A DNA stretch of 64,000 bases from the human T2T-CHM13v2.0 reference genome, Homo sapiens. The stretch lies in NCBI RefSeq assembly GCF_009914755.1, contig NC_060930.1, one strand, 5' to 3'. The stretch's first letter is position 1. Each line of letters starts with the position of its first letter. The position numbers were made by a program, and so were the translations under genes. A model generated the notes under the pieces. It was not told the origin of the DNA. It saw only the letters and a list, made by a program, of their open reading frames with translations, and ran no database searches. Below are positions 17,359-40,800 of this stretch, piece after piece.

Positions 17359-17668
17359 AGGTCGGGCATGGTGGCTCACACCTGTAATCCCAGCACTTTG
17401 GGAGACCAAGGCAAGCAGATCATTGAAGCTCAGGAGTTCGAGACCAGCCTGGCCAACATGGTGAAACCCTGTCTCCACTAAAATACAAAAATTAGTTGGG
17501 CATGGTGGCACGTGCCTGTAATCTCAGCTACTCAGGAGGCTGAGGCAAGAGGAAAATCCTTTGAACCCTGGAGGCGGAGGTTGCAGTGAGCCAAGATTAC
17601 GCCACTGCACTCCAGCCTAGGCGACAGAGTGAGATTCCGTCTCAAAAAAAAAAAGAAAAGAAAAGAAA
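17359..17668 (+). mobile_element. AluS-like
   Basis: Alu consensus; TSD AGAAATATGCT(G/T)ATAC. Confidence 0.9.
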
Positions 17669-18709
17669 TATGCTTATACCATTTGATCTGATGACTCTAT
17701 TTCTGGAAATTTATTAAACAGTTTATCAGGACATTATCCAATTTGCAAATAAAGACTTATATATAAAGTGTATTATTTACAATAGGAAAAAAATCCCAAA
17801 TGTCCCACAATCATGGCAATTATACAACTATTAACAATATTTTGAGTTACACAAAAAGTCTAATTGATTGCTTTTATGATATACATAAGCATAAAATAAA
17901 TCTTGGAAGGACTATGCCAAAATGTGAATTGAGGCTATCATTAGTTAGTAGATTAAGTGTGACCTCCATTTTATAAAAATATTTTTCTGTATTTTTAAAT
18001 TTTTTCATAACAATGAGAGGTAGGTTTAGTATAAATTAAGGAATTGTAGGCCTCATGATGAGTTGCTTCAAAAGAAATAATTGTCAGGGAGGCAACTTTT
18101 GGGCCCTGTAAACAGAATTCACAGCCTACCCTTAAGACTGGCCTTTAATGGAGTTGTTCCAACAGACACAGCACCTAAGGTGGACGGACGCTCCAATAAC
18201 GAAGATGGCTATAGACAGAGGCTACTGCTACCTTGGCCTCTGGGCTTTCATTTTTCAACCCGCAGAAATAATAATAGAATAACAATTTATCCTCCGCTGA
18301 GTTCCTACTATGTGCTAAGCACTTTACCTGCTTAATCTCACTTAATCCTCCCAACACCTCTTCAAGAAAGGTATGATCAATATTATTACCATTTTAGAGA
18401 TCAAAGAACTGAGGCTTGGAAAGAGGAAATAACTGGCTGAAGCCATCACATCTCATTTGTGTGTTTCCTTGCCTCTCTTCTCTTTTTCTCTTTTCTGCCT
18501 TTCATTTGGTCCAGCTCATCAATGCATATCTTGATTTCTGAGCTGAAGACCACAAATCCAGTTTTCCATCTCTCTGAAAAACTTTTCATCTCCCTTTTTT
18601 TTTTTCCTCAGAGTGAATATACCAGGCCACCTGGAGGCAGGCTTTCCTGAGAGCACCTCCCGCTTCCTTTTCCTGCTGGCTTTTAACTTTTGCCCCGGGG
18701 GCCACAGCC

Positions 18710-18765
18710 AGCTTTCTCACTTGGTAGCAGTGGCCTCTTGTGCCTTTTTCTCCAAGATCACCCAG
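18710..18765 (+). other. BTN1A1: Probable non-coding first exon of BTN1A1 (start approximate)
   Basis: Donor CCCAG|GTCAGT at 18765/18766 pairs with the acceptor at 19636; TSS cannot be fixed from sequence. Confidence 0.5.
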
Positions 18766-19041
18766 GTCAGTATGTGTGGTTACTCTCAGCTCCCTGAGGG
18801 AGTGAGCAGCCAGAGGGGCATAGCATACTTCTCTCCCTCCAGCTCCTTTCTCCTTGGTCCTAGGCCCTCTACTCTTCAAGCCCTTTTGCTTGCTTCAGCT
18901 CCTGCTTCTTGCTCCATCTCCTCCCATCTTTTCTCTCTTCTCCAATTCATTTCCTTGGACTCCATTTCTGCCTTTATACCCTTATCTTTATTATCATTGC
19001 CAAAAGCAAATACCAAATTCTTGTATTTGAAAAAAGACTTT

Positions 19042-19384
<343 letters not shown>

Positions 19385-19693
19385 TCATCGATATGCAACC
19401 AACTAATGAGTGTTATGCCTCACAGTTCCCTTCTCCTAAGTTTTAGAGTTAGAGTAGTGGGTGGGAAGGTGATAACCACAGTGTAAACTAAAAATCCATA
19501 CTGGGGATGGAGGCTGAGAGGAGGTTTCAGGGGCAAATGACCAGAACACTTGCAGCTGGAAAGAACTGTAGAGAGGACTTTGGAAAGCGGAGGGTTGACA
19601 GAGCCGGTAGTTGTCTCCTGTCCATTCATCTCCTAGGCTGAAGCTCCTGAGGGGACTCACATCAGTTATCTTGCTGCTCCAGAAGGGTGGGAG

Positions 19694-27580
<7,887 letters not shown>

Positions 27581-28832
27581 GGAATATCTCAGCTCATCTG
27601 TTTTCCTTTCCTCTAACCCCTCTCCTCCATAGCCTTCTGAGGCTTCACCTGCTAGCTTTACCCAGTCTGTTTCTTCCTGTTGGGTGGCAATTAATTAATC
27701 CTGTGAAGGTTACATTGCTGCTGCTAGAGAGGGTGGGGATTGCACCTTCCAAATCTGTTTCTGTACCAATATTTGGGGGATGGAGGGGTGACTCAAACTG
27801 CTTCTAGTGTTCTCCTAATCCCTTAAGACTAGAACCTATAGGAAACTACTTGGAGCAAACTCAAAGGACAGATTAGGGATCGAGATTGGGTCAGGTTAGC
27901 ATGGGGTTGTGGTTGAAATATCTTGGTATCCAGGATAAGGGTATGTGGAAAAACAGGCTTTAGGCAAGTGGAAAATTCAAAATGTGCTGTGAAAGGACAA
28001 TCTCAGGCTGAAATCCCATAAAGGAACTTGGAGGGAATATTATGATGGAGGGAAGTGAGGTGAATCCAGGCACATGATGAACACCTGGCTCATCCATAGA
28101 GTTTTCACAGCCTATATCGCAAATTTTCTAAGCCACGTCCTATAGGACAGAGGAGACTGGCCCCACTTCTATGGGTCTGAGCTGTGGAAAAGGGAGAGCA
28201 GAGAGGAACTGAGATGAGCAGGGATGAAGGGTCAGGCAGAAAGCGTGATAGAGGAGAGAATTTTTGACAAAACTCAAAAGTTGTTTGCACAGCTGTTCTT
28301 TGTACCCTGTTCCTTTCTCTGCGCCCTCCTGTTTCTCCCTTGCCTGGAAGTCATTCCACCCTCAATTTGTTGATCCACAAGTTTCCAGTTGTCCTCTTCT
28401 TTTTGTTATAGCATCTCTCTATTTCAAAGACATTCCTAGAAGTCATCCTTCAGTGATATCACCACTTGCTCAGTCACCATCTCAACCTTATGTCACCTCA
28501 GCCCTCATCTCAATGCCCAAACCCCTTACACACACCTTCAGTTAGCTTCAACTGCCTCCGTTTCCACACTGTGCACCTTTCACTTTCCCTACCCAGCTTT
28601 CCTACATGCTGCCTCTCCTCAGGGTCCCCTGAATGCTGCATCATTGTGTTCAGTGCAGCTGGACTGATTGCACCTGTGTATTTGCCCCTGAGCACTTTCC
28701 TTTACACATGTGGCTTGTCTTGCCAATAGACTCCAGGCTTATACCTTCCATTTCCATCGTATTCTCCAGTTTCCAGGATAGACGTTGCTCATCGTCTTTA
28801 CCTAATAAATAAGTTTGTCTGATTGCTGAAAG
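27581..28832 (+). other. BTN1A1: BTN1A1 3' UTR with AATAAA poly(A) signal at 28804-28809
   Basis: AATAAA followed by a T-rich downstream element (~28846-28855). Confidence 0.7.
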
Positions 28833-29074
28833 CAACCTCTTAACCTTTCTTTTTTAATATCAACTGAAACAAAATAAAACATAGGGCAAGAAACCTGCAT
28901 GGGAATGCAGCTGTCTAAAGCTTTGCCATTGTATGTGGTCTAAGACCCATCCCTAGGCCTGATGGCAGTGGGCTCACCAGGGCAGGTGCACATGGGGGCT
29001 GATGCCTCATGAGGGAACAACTGCTTACCAGGGTCTTCAAGCAGGAATACAGAATCTCAACTCAGGAACAATTT

Positions 29075-30131
<1,057 letters not shown>

Positions 30132-31431
30132 AATAATATCCAAAGATCACCCACCCCATTTTTTTTCTTTTAATTACAAGGCCTTAACATTAAAGATTTC
30201 CCAAATATTTCCTCCTCTTGCAAAAGTACTGTTAAAGAGTTGGCTTCACTTACCTATACCATTGACCAGGTTACCTTTACAGTAGTAGAAATGAAGTTCA
30301 CCACCCAAACAGGGGCAGAGGGTAGGTAGCCATTGGCACTCTGGCCTTTTGGATAGCTGAACACACGGAGGTTTCTGGAGGGCAGTGTGTGCACAGAGAA
30401 AGCTTCGGAGCTGCATGCCCCTTCCCACACATCTTGCCCTGTACATATTTTCCATCTGTCTTTTCATCTGTATACTTTGTAATATCCTTTATAATAAATC
30501 AGTAAACATGTATTTGCAGGATAGGTTGGATAAAATCAAGAGTAAAGTCTATTGAAGGAAGGAGGAGGCTTAGTAGCATCAGTCCCCGGATTTAAAAGGG
30601 ATGTTTGAACGAAACTGGGATTCCGAGAAGAGGAAAGAGAAGACTAAAAAAAGGAGCTAAAAGAAATTGCTCGATCTATTTATAATACATTATGATGTAT
30701 TATGAAAGTAAATACCACTCTAATACTTTCAGAATACATTATAATCCTCCCTGCACTTACTTGCTTAAATCCAGCATCTATTTCTGCAATATTAAAATCC
30801 TCCAAAGCATTCTATTTCTTTTAGGGGCAAGTAGGCAGTGGAGAAGCTGTGAGCCTGCATTGCATTCTAGTGTGGGCCACAGAGAAGAGGACTCTCAAGT
30901 TGAAGAATGGATGGTATCAGCCAGAAAGAGGAAAATGGGCTTGTTTCTGGAGCTGAGGGGAGAGAAAAGGGGGTCAAATGGGAATTCGCTTGGGGTTATA
31001 CATTACATTCAAGTGTGTATTTAGATACAAGCCTTTACCTCAACACCTTCCTTACCCCCATTCTGAATAGATCTCATGCCAAAGTAAAAATAAAACCAAT
31101 TCATAATCATTCTATTAAAAATAATAAATATTTAAGAACCTCAGGCAGTTGCTTTACTGATTTAATGTGGAATGTATATCTTAAAATGTATCTCTAAACC
31201 TCACCCAGAATAGATGGACTGCCACAGAAATCCCCCTCTGAGAGTAGGGAAAAAGAACAGTCACAGATTATAATCAGCTCTATGACTCCTCTTTCCTTTT
31301 TCCCCATGACCTTCCAGGAAAATGGTCACTGGGCACAGTAGTGAGCTTGTGGTAGATTCTTAGGAGATACAATGTCCTTCCTTTTTCCCTCCAGCTCCAG
31401 CCCCACACACCCCTTAGAAAGAATTTATGTG

Positions 31432-31766
<335 letters not shown>

Positions 31767-32519
31767 CTAAGAACCTGCCTTTGGCTCCCTGTCCTGGTGG
31801 CACCAGCTATAAGAATTGTGCCCCAGAGATAAGGAAATTATCAGTCTCAGTATGTCTGGCCTTATTTCCAAATCTCCTAAAAGACAAGAAATGTTGCATT
31901 GCCAATGCTTTACCAAAGCCTGTCTGAGTTACCCAGGCAAAGTAGGTGACACTATGAGTTCAAAAGCACTGAAACTAACTGAAGTATTTGTTAATGTCTG
32001 TTTTTATTTTTAATCTAGAAACAAATACCTTTCCACCCTACAACTAAAAATCATACTAAAAATGCACTTACCCCTAAAATAATAATAGCTGACTTCATTT
32101 CACACTGCCAAATGCCAGCTCTGGTAGTCACATGTTTCTGGGAGCCTGCCTCTATTTAACAGAGACTATGAGGTAACTAAGCCCAGACATTCAGATTGTG
32201 AGAAAAATAACTGAACAACTTCCCTCTTCCCTAATCAATAGCAGCTCTTCCATGCCATTCCTCCACACATCTTGAGTCATGTCTCTTCTGCCTCCAGACA
32301 GCACTCATATTTCCTCAAATCCCCCTCTTGCAATAGTCCCTGACAGCCCACTCCCAAATACATACACATTTACTCTTGCGCTCATTGTATTATTTTAAAA
32401 TGGAAATAACTTATTTTCCTAAAAATACATGAAAGTATATTTTACAAAGTAAAAATGGTCCCAAATCTCATCACTCAAATATGACCAATGCCAATATTTG
32501 GGTTTATCCTTTCATTTAA

Positions 32520-32628
32520 AATACATATATATATATGTATGCACACACACACACACATATATATACACACACATATATAATATATGTGCACATATATATA
32601 TTATATATATATATAAAATATATATATG
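32520..32628. repeat. Compound (TA)n/(CA)n microsatellite
   Basis: Visible dinucleotide runs. Confidence 0.9.
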
Positions 32629-32958
32629 TGGTGCCAACAGCTTCCAAGAAAAGGTCAGATGAGCAACAATCATCCATCATAGAAGACTGGCTGACCATGG
32701 AGGAGAGCACTGCATAGGGATTCCATGCATACTTTAAAGCATTGCTACTCATGCTGATTCTGGACTGTCTTGTTAGAACCACAGAACTTTAGATCCCACT
32801 GAGAACTCCTGAATCAGAAACTGCATTTAACAACATGGTGATTCATGTGCACTTTAATGTTTGAGAACAGACTAGATGTATGCTTCAAAATATTACGCAT
32901 CTACTTGGGATTAAAGATCTTAGTTGAAGTAACAAGAGTCTTTCTAGAGGAATATCTC

Positions 32959-33258
32959 GCTGGGTGCGGTGGCTCATGCCTGTAATCCCAGCACTTTGGG
33001 AGGCTGAGACGGTGGATCACCTCAGGTCAGGAGTTTGAGACCAGCCTGGCCAACATGGCAAAACCCCGTCTCTACTAAAAATACAAAAATTAGCCGAGTG
33101 TGGTGGCCCACGCCTGTGGCGCCAGCTACTCAGGAGGCTGAGGTAGGAGAATTGCTTGAACCCGGGAGGCAGCGGTAGCAGTAGCCAAGATTGCACCATT
33201 GCACTCCAGCCTGGGTGACAGAGCGAGACTCCATCTCAAGAAAAAAAAAAGAAAGAAC
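32959..33258 (+). mobile_element. AluS-like
   Basis: Alu consensus. Confidence 0.9.
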
Positions 33259-34439
33259 AAGAAATATCTCCAAATTTTGATCATCGTGCAAAATGCATTT
33301 ACGTAGCAACTGAATATGCATACTCATAGTATTAACAGTAACAAAGTACTTATTATGCGTCAGGTCCTGTATTTTGTGTGCTGTAATTCCTGCCATTTTT
33401 CAGACCCCTAGGAGGTAGGTAGGCATCAGTGCAGTCTCCATTTTACAAATAAAGACTCTGAAGAGCAGAGAGATAAAATGGCTTCTATCACCCGCTAGAG
33501 AGTAAGCAGAGATGAGATTTGACTCCAGGCCATCTGACTCCACGGTCCATGCTGTTGGTTAGGTACAAAGTACATTGTCCAGAAAATGACTTTCAAACAT
33601 TCCTATAAGCTGAGCAAATCTTGTGTTAGTTTACAAAGCAGTATACAACTTAGAACAAGTAGGAGGTAAGAAAGTTAACATAACATCAAGCTACTGCCAC
33701 AGAAAGACCTTGTACTGGACTGTACAAGAATTTGGCCTCATGTTCTTCCAAGAGAGAGAGGTGAAGGCAGCCACCAGTTCCATTCAAACAGCAAAATAGC
33801 AGTGGAAGATAATCAAGTGCCAGGACAGTGGCTTTGGATTGTAATAACCACAGTGAGACACTGTTACATTGTTGCAGTTGTTGAATTGTAGTTCTGGCTG
33901 ACTAGTTTATTGTTGTTTAAAGCCTTTTAATCCTTTCAAGAGCCTGCTGAAGACTTAATTTTTCTCTCCGTCTGCAGCATTAACTCTCACCTATCGGCTC
34001 ACTACTCCTGAATCGATGACTCTGGCCCCAACATGGTTTCCAGAATGGCCTTACTTATTCTACTCCTGAACATCTTCTCTGTGACAAATAATAGGTACCT
34101 CAAATTTAAGGGGACCAAAGTACAACTCTAGATTCCCTCTGACCAATTTACACCTTACTTAATCTTTTCCACTCCATTAATGACTCTGTGATCCATTTTC
34201 TCGAGCCAAAAATATAGGCATAAGCACTAATTCCTCTTTTTATCTCATTTTCCACCTCCAAACGCCTAGTAAGTCCTGTCAGCTCTGCCTTCAAAACATA
34301 TCCTGGACATGAGCACTTCTTTCCTTCTTTACCACTAGCTCCCTAAGCCATCATCACTTCTTACCTGGATTTTTTATATAGCACCTGCTTCTACCCTTGC
34401 CTCTATGGTCAGCTACCCACAAAGACCAGAGTATTGTTT

Positions 34440-35022
<583 letters not shown>

Positions 35023-36346
35023 AGAGTATTGTTTTCAAAGACAAATCAGATTATGTTATCAAAATTCTCCAATGGCTTCCCAATGCAGCCTCAGGATTAA
35101 ACTCAGGCCCTACTAACACCATCTGGTCCTTGGCTATCTTTGCAATTTCATCTCTTTCGTTCCCTTATTCCTCCTCTTCAGACACAGAAGCCTTTTGTTC
35201 CTCCTTCATTCTCTCCCCAAGTTCTTTGCCCTTGCCGTGCCCTCTGTGTGTCCCCTGGATATGTTTGTCTCGCCCCCCATTTCATTCAGGTTTCTGGTCA
35301 AATGATGTCTCTAACCACCCTCTGTAAAAAAGCACCCCCCCCCCCCACACACACACACACACTTTTCTACTTTCTGACTCATCACCCTGCACTACTTTTC
35401 TTTTGGGAAAACTCCTGCACAATTACTATTTTTCTTGAAAGTACTTATTAATACTTGAAACTATAAGCATATTTGTTTTTTTAATAGTCTTTCTTCATCA
35501 CAGAGGCAAGAATCCACAAAAGCAGAGATTTCCTTTGTTTGTAAATAAAGTACCTGGCACATATTAGTTGCTCAATAAATATCAACCGACAGATTAAGTT
35601 ATGAGTGTGCGCAAAGTTCAAGGAAGTTTGAAACTGACCTGGAGGTCAGGGAAAGTATGGTTAAACTACATGAAAGAGATGGCTGCTGGCTGTTTTTCAA
35701 ACACACGTGTGGACAGACCAAACCCTACCTCCCAAGTAGGCTTTTATTGACTCAGCCTCTTTGGGAGTCAGAAAGTAATGTATTTTAATGTTGGACATAC
35801 TTAAACTAAAAAGTCATTCATTGTTTAGCTGAAATTCTAATTTAACTATGCATCCTGTATTTCATCTTATTTGAGAGCCCTGAGCCCTTATACCCTCTGG
35901 CTGAGTAAACCCCACGCTTCATCAGAAAACAGCTTACCTCAAGAAATTTGTATGAACACCCACTCTCTATCCTCTTCTTATCTTTCACCTGATTTTCAAT
36001 TTTGTGTCTTACAACTTAGTTTTTCAATTCTTAATTTTGTTTCTTCTCACTATTCTTTAAGATTACTGTGGTAGATGGTTGTACAAATACACCCAATAAA
36101 CCTTTCCTCCCTGGGCCCCACTCTTGCAGTACCCTCTCCCTACACTGCCTTTAGTTTGGGCCCTGTGACTTGCTTTGGCCAATGTGAGGCAAGCAGAAGT
36201 TGGATAAGAACATGGCACTGGGGCAAGACCTCGGGGAACTGCTTTCCCATCACGTCTAGCCTCCTTGGGAATGAAAGACTTTATGAAGAGAGAGGCTTAG
36301 CATCTTGGCTGAATGGTGGGCATAAATGAGCCTAGGCAAAGCCAGC

Positions 36347-36435
36347 CGGAGCGGGGGGTGGGGAGGTGGGGGGTAGGGGGGTGGGGAGGTGGGGGGTAGG
36401 GGAGTGGGGGGTGCGGGGTTGCGGGGAGTCGGGGG
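36347..36435 (+). repeat. G-run low-complexity tract with G-quadruplex potential
   Basis: About a dozen runs of 4-6 G with 1-4 nt loops. Confidence 0.85.
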
Positions 36436-37047
<612 letters not shown>

Positions 37048-37432
37048 ATTTTCAACCTTTTATAAAACTATCTAGCCAGGGCAACATAATAACAAAACAA
37101 TAAAAAACAGCCAGGCCAGCTGGTGTGTGCCTGTAGTCCTAGCTACTGTAATCCTTGCTCCTGTACTCCTCCTGGGAGTTCGAGGCTACAGTGAGCCAGG
37201 ATCATGCTGCTACTCTCTAGCGCGGGCAACAGAGCCAGATCCCGTCTCAAAAAATACATACATGTATTGTTTCTAAATTGGGCTTTTCCTCCCCCACTTC
37301 TCTTTCTTTAGAGGGCAATTCTATTTTTCACTGGGGAACTAAGCTGGGATTTCTCATGAGGCCTAGAGACTGGAGTTAAAATAACTACTTTATTAGAGGT
37401 CTCAGCTTCTCTCCATTTTATTATTTTTTTTA

Positions 37433-37857
<425 letters not shown>

Positions 37858-38164
37858 AGCTCTGTCCATTTTATTTCATGTTTCTTGGGCTCACTGCCCC
37901 ATTATAGTGTAAGCCCTTCGATGGTGGAGCTTATTCTGTCTGTTTGTTTACTGTTGGATCACCAGCACCTAGAATGCTGCCTGGCACATAGTAGGTACCC
38001 AATAAATATTTCCTATATGTTGGATGAATTGCCTCTCTCCTCATCTCCAAAGTTGGTATCCACCACTACCCTGTGAAAAGAGCAGAGGTGACTGAATTTT
38101 AGAGGCCTTGCAGAGGACTTATTAAACACTTACTGTGGGACTCTATCCTCATAACTTTTTAATT

Positions 38165-38400
38165 TACTTATTTGTATTTTTAAAATCAACAAATAAAGAT
38201 ATATATATTTATGATGTACAAAATGATGTTTTGTTCTATGTGTACATTGTGGGAAGGCTAAATCAAGCTAATTAACATATCCATTACATCACATACTTAT
38301 CTTTTTCTTTTTGTGGCAAGAACATTTAAAATCCACTCTCTTAGCAATTTTCAAGTATTCAATAACGTTGTTATTAACTATAGTCACCATGTTGGACATA
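38165..38400 (-). mobile_element. Old L1 (L1MA-like) 3' fragment
   Basis: AAATCAAGCTAATTAACATATCCATTAC...TCTTAGCAATTTTCAAGTA...TTAACTATAGTCACCATG. Confidence 0.65.
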
Positions 38401-39149
38401 GCAAAACTTCTGAATCGGTAGGCCTGAGAAGAACAGAATTTGCCTCTAATTGATTCCCTGGAGATGGGGATTTAATGCTTAATTTAAGGGATTAAACATT
38501 GTATTCTATCAATTGAACTCACGATGAAAGTATTATAGGTGTCTAAGAAAGCTGTTTCTAATGTCCACAGAAGCAAAATGACTTATCTAAGATTCTCCAG
38601 GTAGTGACCAGTTCTAGTTCTGTCTGAAATTCGTACTCAGGTCCCCTGACTTCCAGTCAGTGATATTCCGACCATGGCATCCTGACTGCTAACCCTTGCT
38701 AACAAAATTTGAAGTAGGTCACCTCTGACCTTTGTTTATGTTTAGAAAAGTTGTTGTGCTCAAGGCCTTCTATCAAGTACCCGCTGCGCCAGGTTTAGTA
38801 AAATACATAAGCTACTCCCCATTTTTGTTGTTGCTGTTTTTGCTTTTGCTTTTTAAAGTTTTTATTACAGTATAACATCCACACCGAAAAGTGCGCAAAT
38901 CCTCCATAAACTCCGACAGAGAGGCAAGACAAGCCAGCCTTCCCACGCTCCTGTCCCCTCCACCGGCCCTGCCAAGGGTAACCACGTGCTGGGAGATTTG
39001 CAGCACAACGCAAAGGAGAAGGATTAGCGAGCACCTTGTTCCAGCAAAAACTGGAGCAAGCCTAAAACTTCCTGGGAATTAAGTGTAAATTTAAGCCAGG
39101 TATTCTAGTAATGTTGAGTTCAACAGGATTGCCATTATTTTAACTAGAA

Positions 39150-40800
39150 TTCAGTTGAGAGCAGAGCGCCATCGCCGTCTTCCGCCTTAGTCACTCGGCC
39201 CTGGGCTGGCTCACGCCCGCCCCGCCCCCTCCCCGCCCCTCCCACGCCCGCCCCGCCCCTCCCACGCCCCCGCCCCCGTCCCGCTCCCCCTACCCCGACC
39301 CGCCCTCCCTCGCCCGCCGCCCCACCCGCCGCAGCCCTCCCCGCGCAGCCTGGGAGTGACTCGGCGTTCACTCGGGAGACGCCGCTCTGTGGCCCGGACA
39401 ACCGGTCCTATGCAGCGCCGTCCGAGGCAGTTCGCGGAGAGGCGGCTTACCTTTTAACCCAGGAATGCCCATATCTTGAGAAAAAGAACAACAAGGGGGT
39501 GGGCGGGGGTGGGGACATGGGGTAGGGGGGCGGCTGGTGGATGGGGAACTAATAGCGTTTAGACAAGAGACAGAAGTGAGTCCTGAGCACAATGTAGCAT
39601 AAGCGCGTCAGGATGGCCGAGCGGTCTAAGGCGCTGCGTTCAGGTCGCAGTCTCCCCTGGAGGCGTGGGTTCGAATCCCACTCCTGACAGCTCGTACTTT
39701 TAGTATTTAGACACAAATCGAGTTTAAGTTTACGCTACGTTTTCCTACCTGCTCTTTGTGACATGGTCTTCTCTCTTTTTAAAAAATAAATTTTCCGAGT
39801 TCCGGAATAAAAGCACTCTTTGTTTTTATTAGCCACTCCAAGGACAGCAAAAAGTACTCTGTACTCCGAAAATAATTTCAGAACCTACCGGTGTTTTGAA
39901 ATCTCACCTCCTTTTTCCGTTTCTCCTCTGTCTCTAGTTGTCTTTCCCTCTCCCTCCTTCACAGGCAGAGTTGAATAAATGTTACTCTTCAGTTCATGGC
40001 TCATTACATTACTGCAGGGCTCCTCTTTATTTAGTTATAGTTATCTTTTTAATTCCATTTCTTCAGTCTCATTCCCCACCTCATCCTTACTCCCCGTAAG
40101 AAATCACTGCAAGAGTTCCGGTCTGGCAGAGAGCGCGGAGAGACGCAGAGCGCGGGCCGCTCCTCCAGGGCGCTCCAGGCCCTCCGGCCCCGGGTCGGCG
40201 GGTGAGCTAGGGGGCGCCCCGGGACAGGCCGCGCCCTCTGCCCTGCAGATACCGGAGGCCTCTGCTGTGGCTGCCCACTGGCTGGGCCCAGGCCTTGAAG
40301 CGGTGGCGAACGTCTCTTCCCTACCCTACCTCGGTGACTGATGGCGGCGGCGGCCTCTCCCAGTCCGGACCCTGCCGGCCGTCGGGTCTCCCGGCCCAAG
40401 CCTGCCGGGCCTGGACGAAACCCCCGCCGAGCAGCCTGGACGCAGCGCCTTTGGGTGGCGGCGGGAGTAGCGTGCCGGGAAGCATGGCGGCCGCTCGAAC
40501 GCCGCGCGGCGGAGGGCGTTAGGGCATGGAGGGCCCGGGAAGGCGGCCTAGGGACGCAGGCAGGCTCGGCCGCCTCTTCAGGCCACGGAGCCGCCAGATC
40601 TGGGTCCCGGGTGACCACTCTGTCGCCATTGGGCGAGACCTACCTAGTCCTAACGACAACGGACAAAGGCCTTAACGGGCCTGGGAGGTGAGCGAAGTCC
40701 CGAACGACGACGGGTGGAACGGTTAGCGGCGATCGGGCGGTTGGTCTCCGTACTACCAGACCTTGCTGTCGGAAGAGACAAATGGTAGAATGACAGGCCA
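39150..40800. promoter_or_regulatory. CpG island around tRNA-Leu and the HCG11 5' end, with GC-box (CCGCCC) cluster at 39214-39345
   Basis: Dense CpG; repeated CCCGCCCC Sp/KLF motifs. Confidence 0.8.
39607..39689 (+). tRNA. TRL-CAG1-7: tRNA-Leu(CAG), 83 nt with long variable arm
   Basis: GTCAGGATGGCCGAGCGGTCTAAGGCGCTGCGTTCAGGTCGCAG...GGTTCGAATCCCACTCCTGACA; A/B boxes; TTTT at 39698-39701; locus number from recall. Confidence 0.97.

Noticed and set aside
38620-38690. tRNA-like stretch on the minus strand (GTCAGGATGCCATGGTCGG...)
   Set aside because: No cloverleaf or intact B box; more consistent with a MIR remnant.
39690-40114. HCG11 as a Pol III read-through product of tRNA-Leu
   Set aside because: Several T4-T5 runs intervene (39698, ~39740, ~39776) and HCG11 is full of T-runs; Pol III could not traverse it.
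40049-40618. 189-aa minus-strand ORF and 120-aa plus ORF (39979-40341)
   Set aside because: GC-rich, stop-poor frames crossing the retrocopy junction with no recognisable domain.
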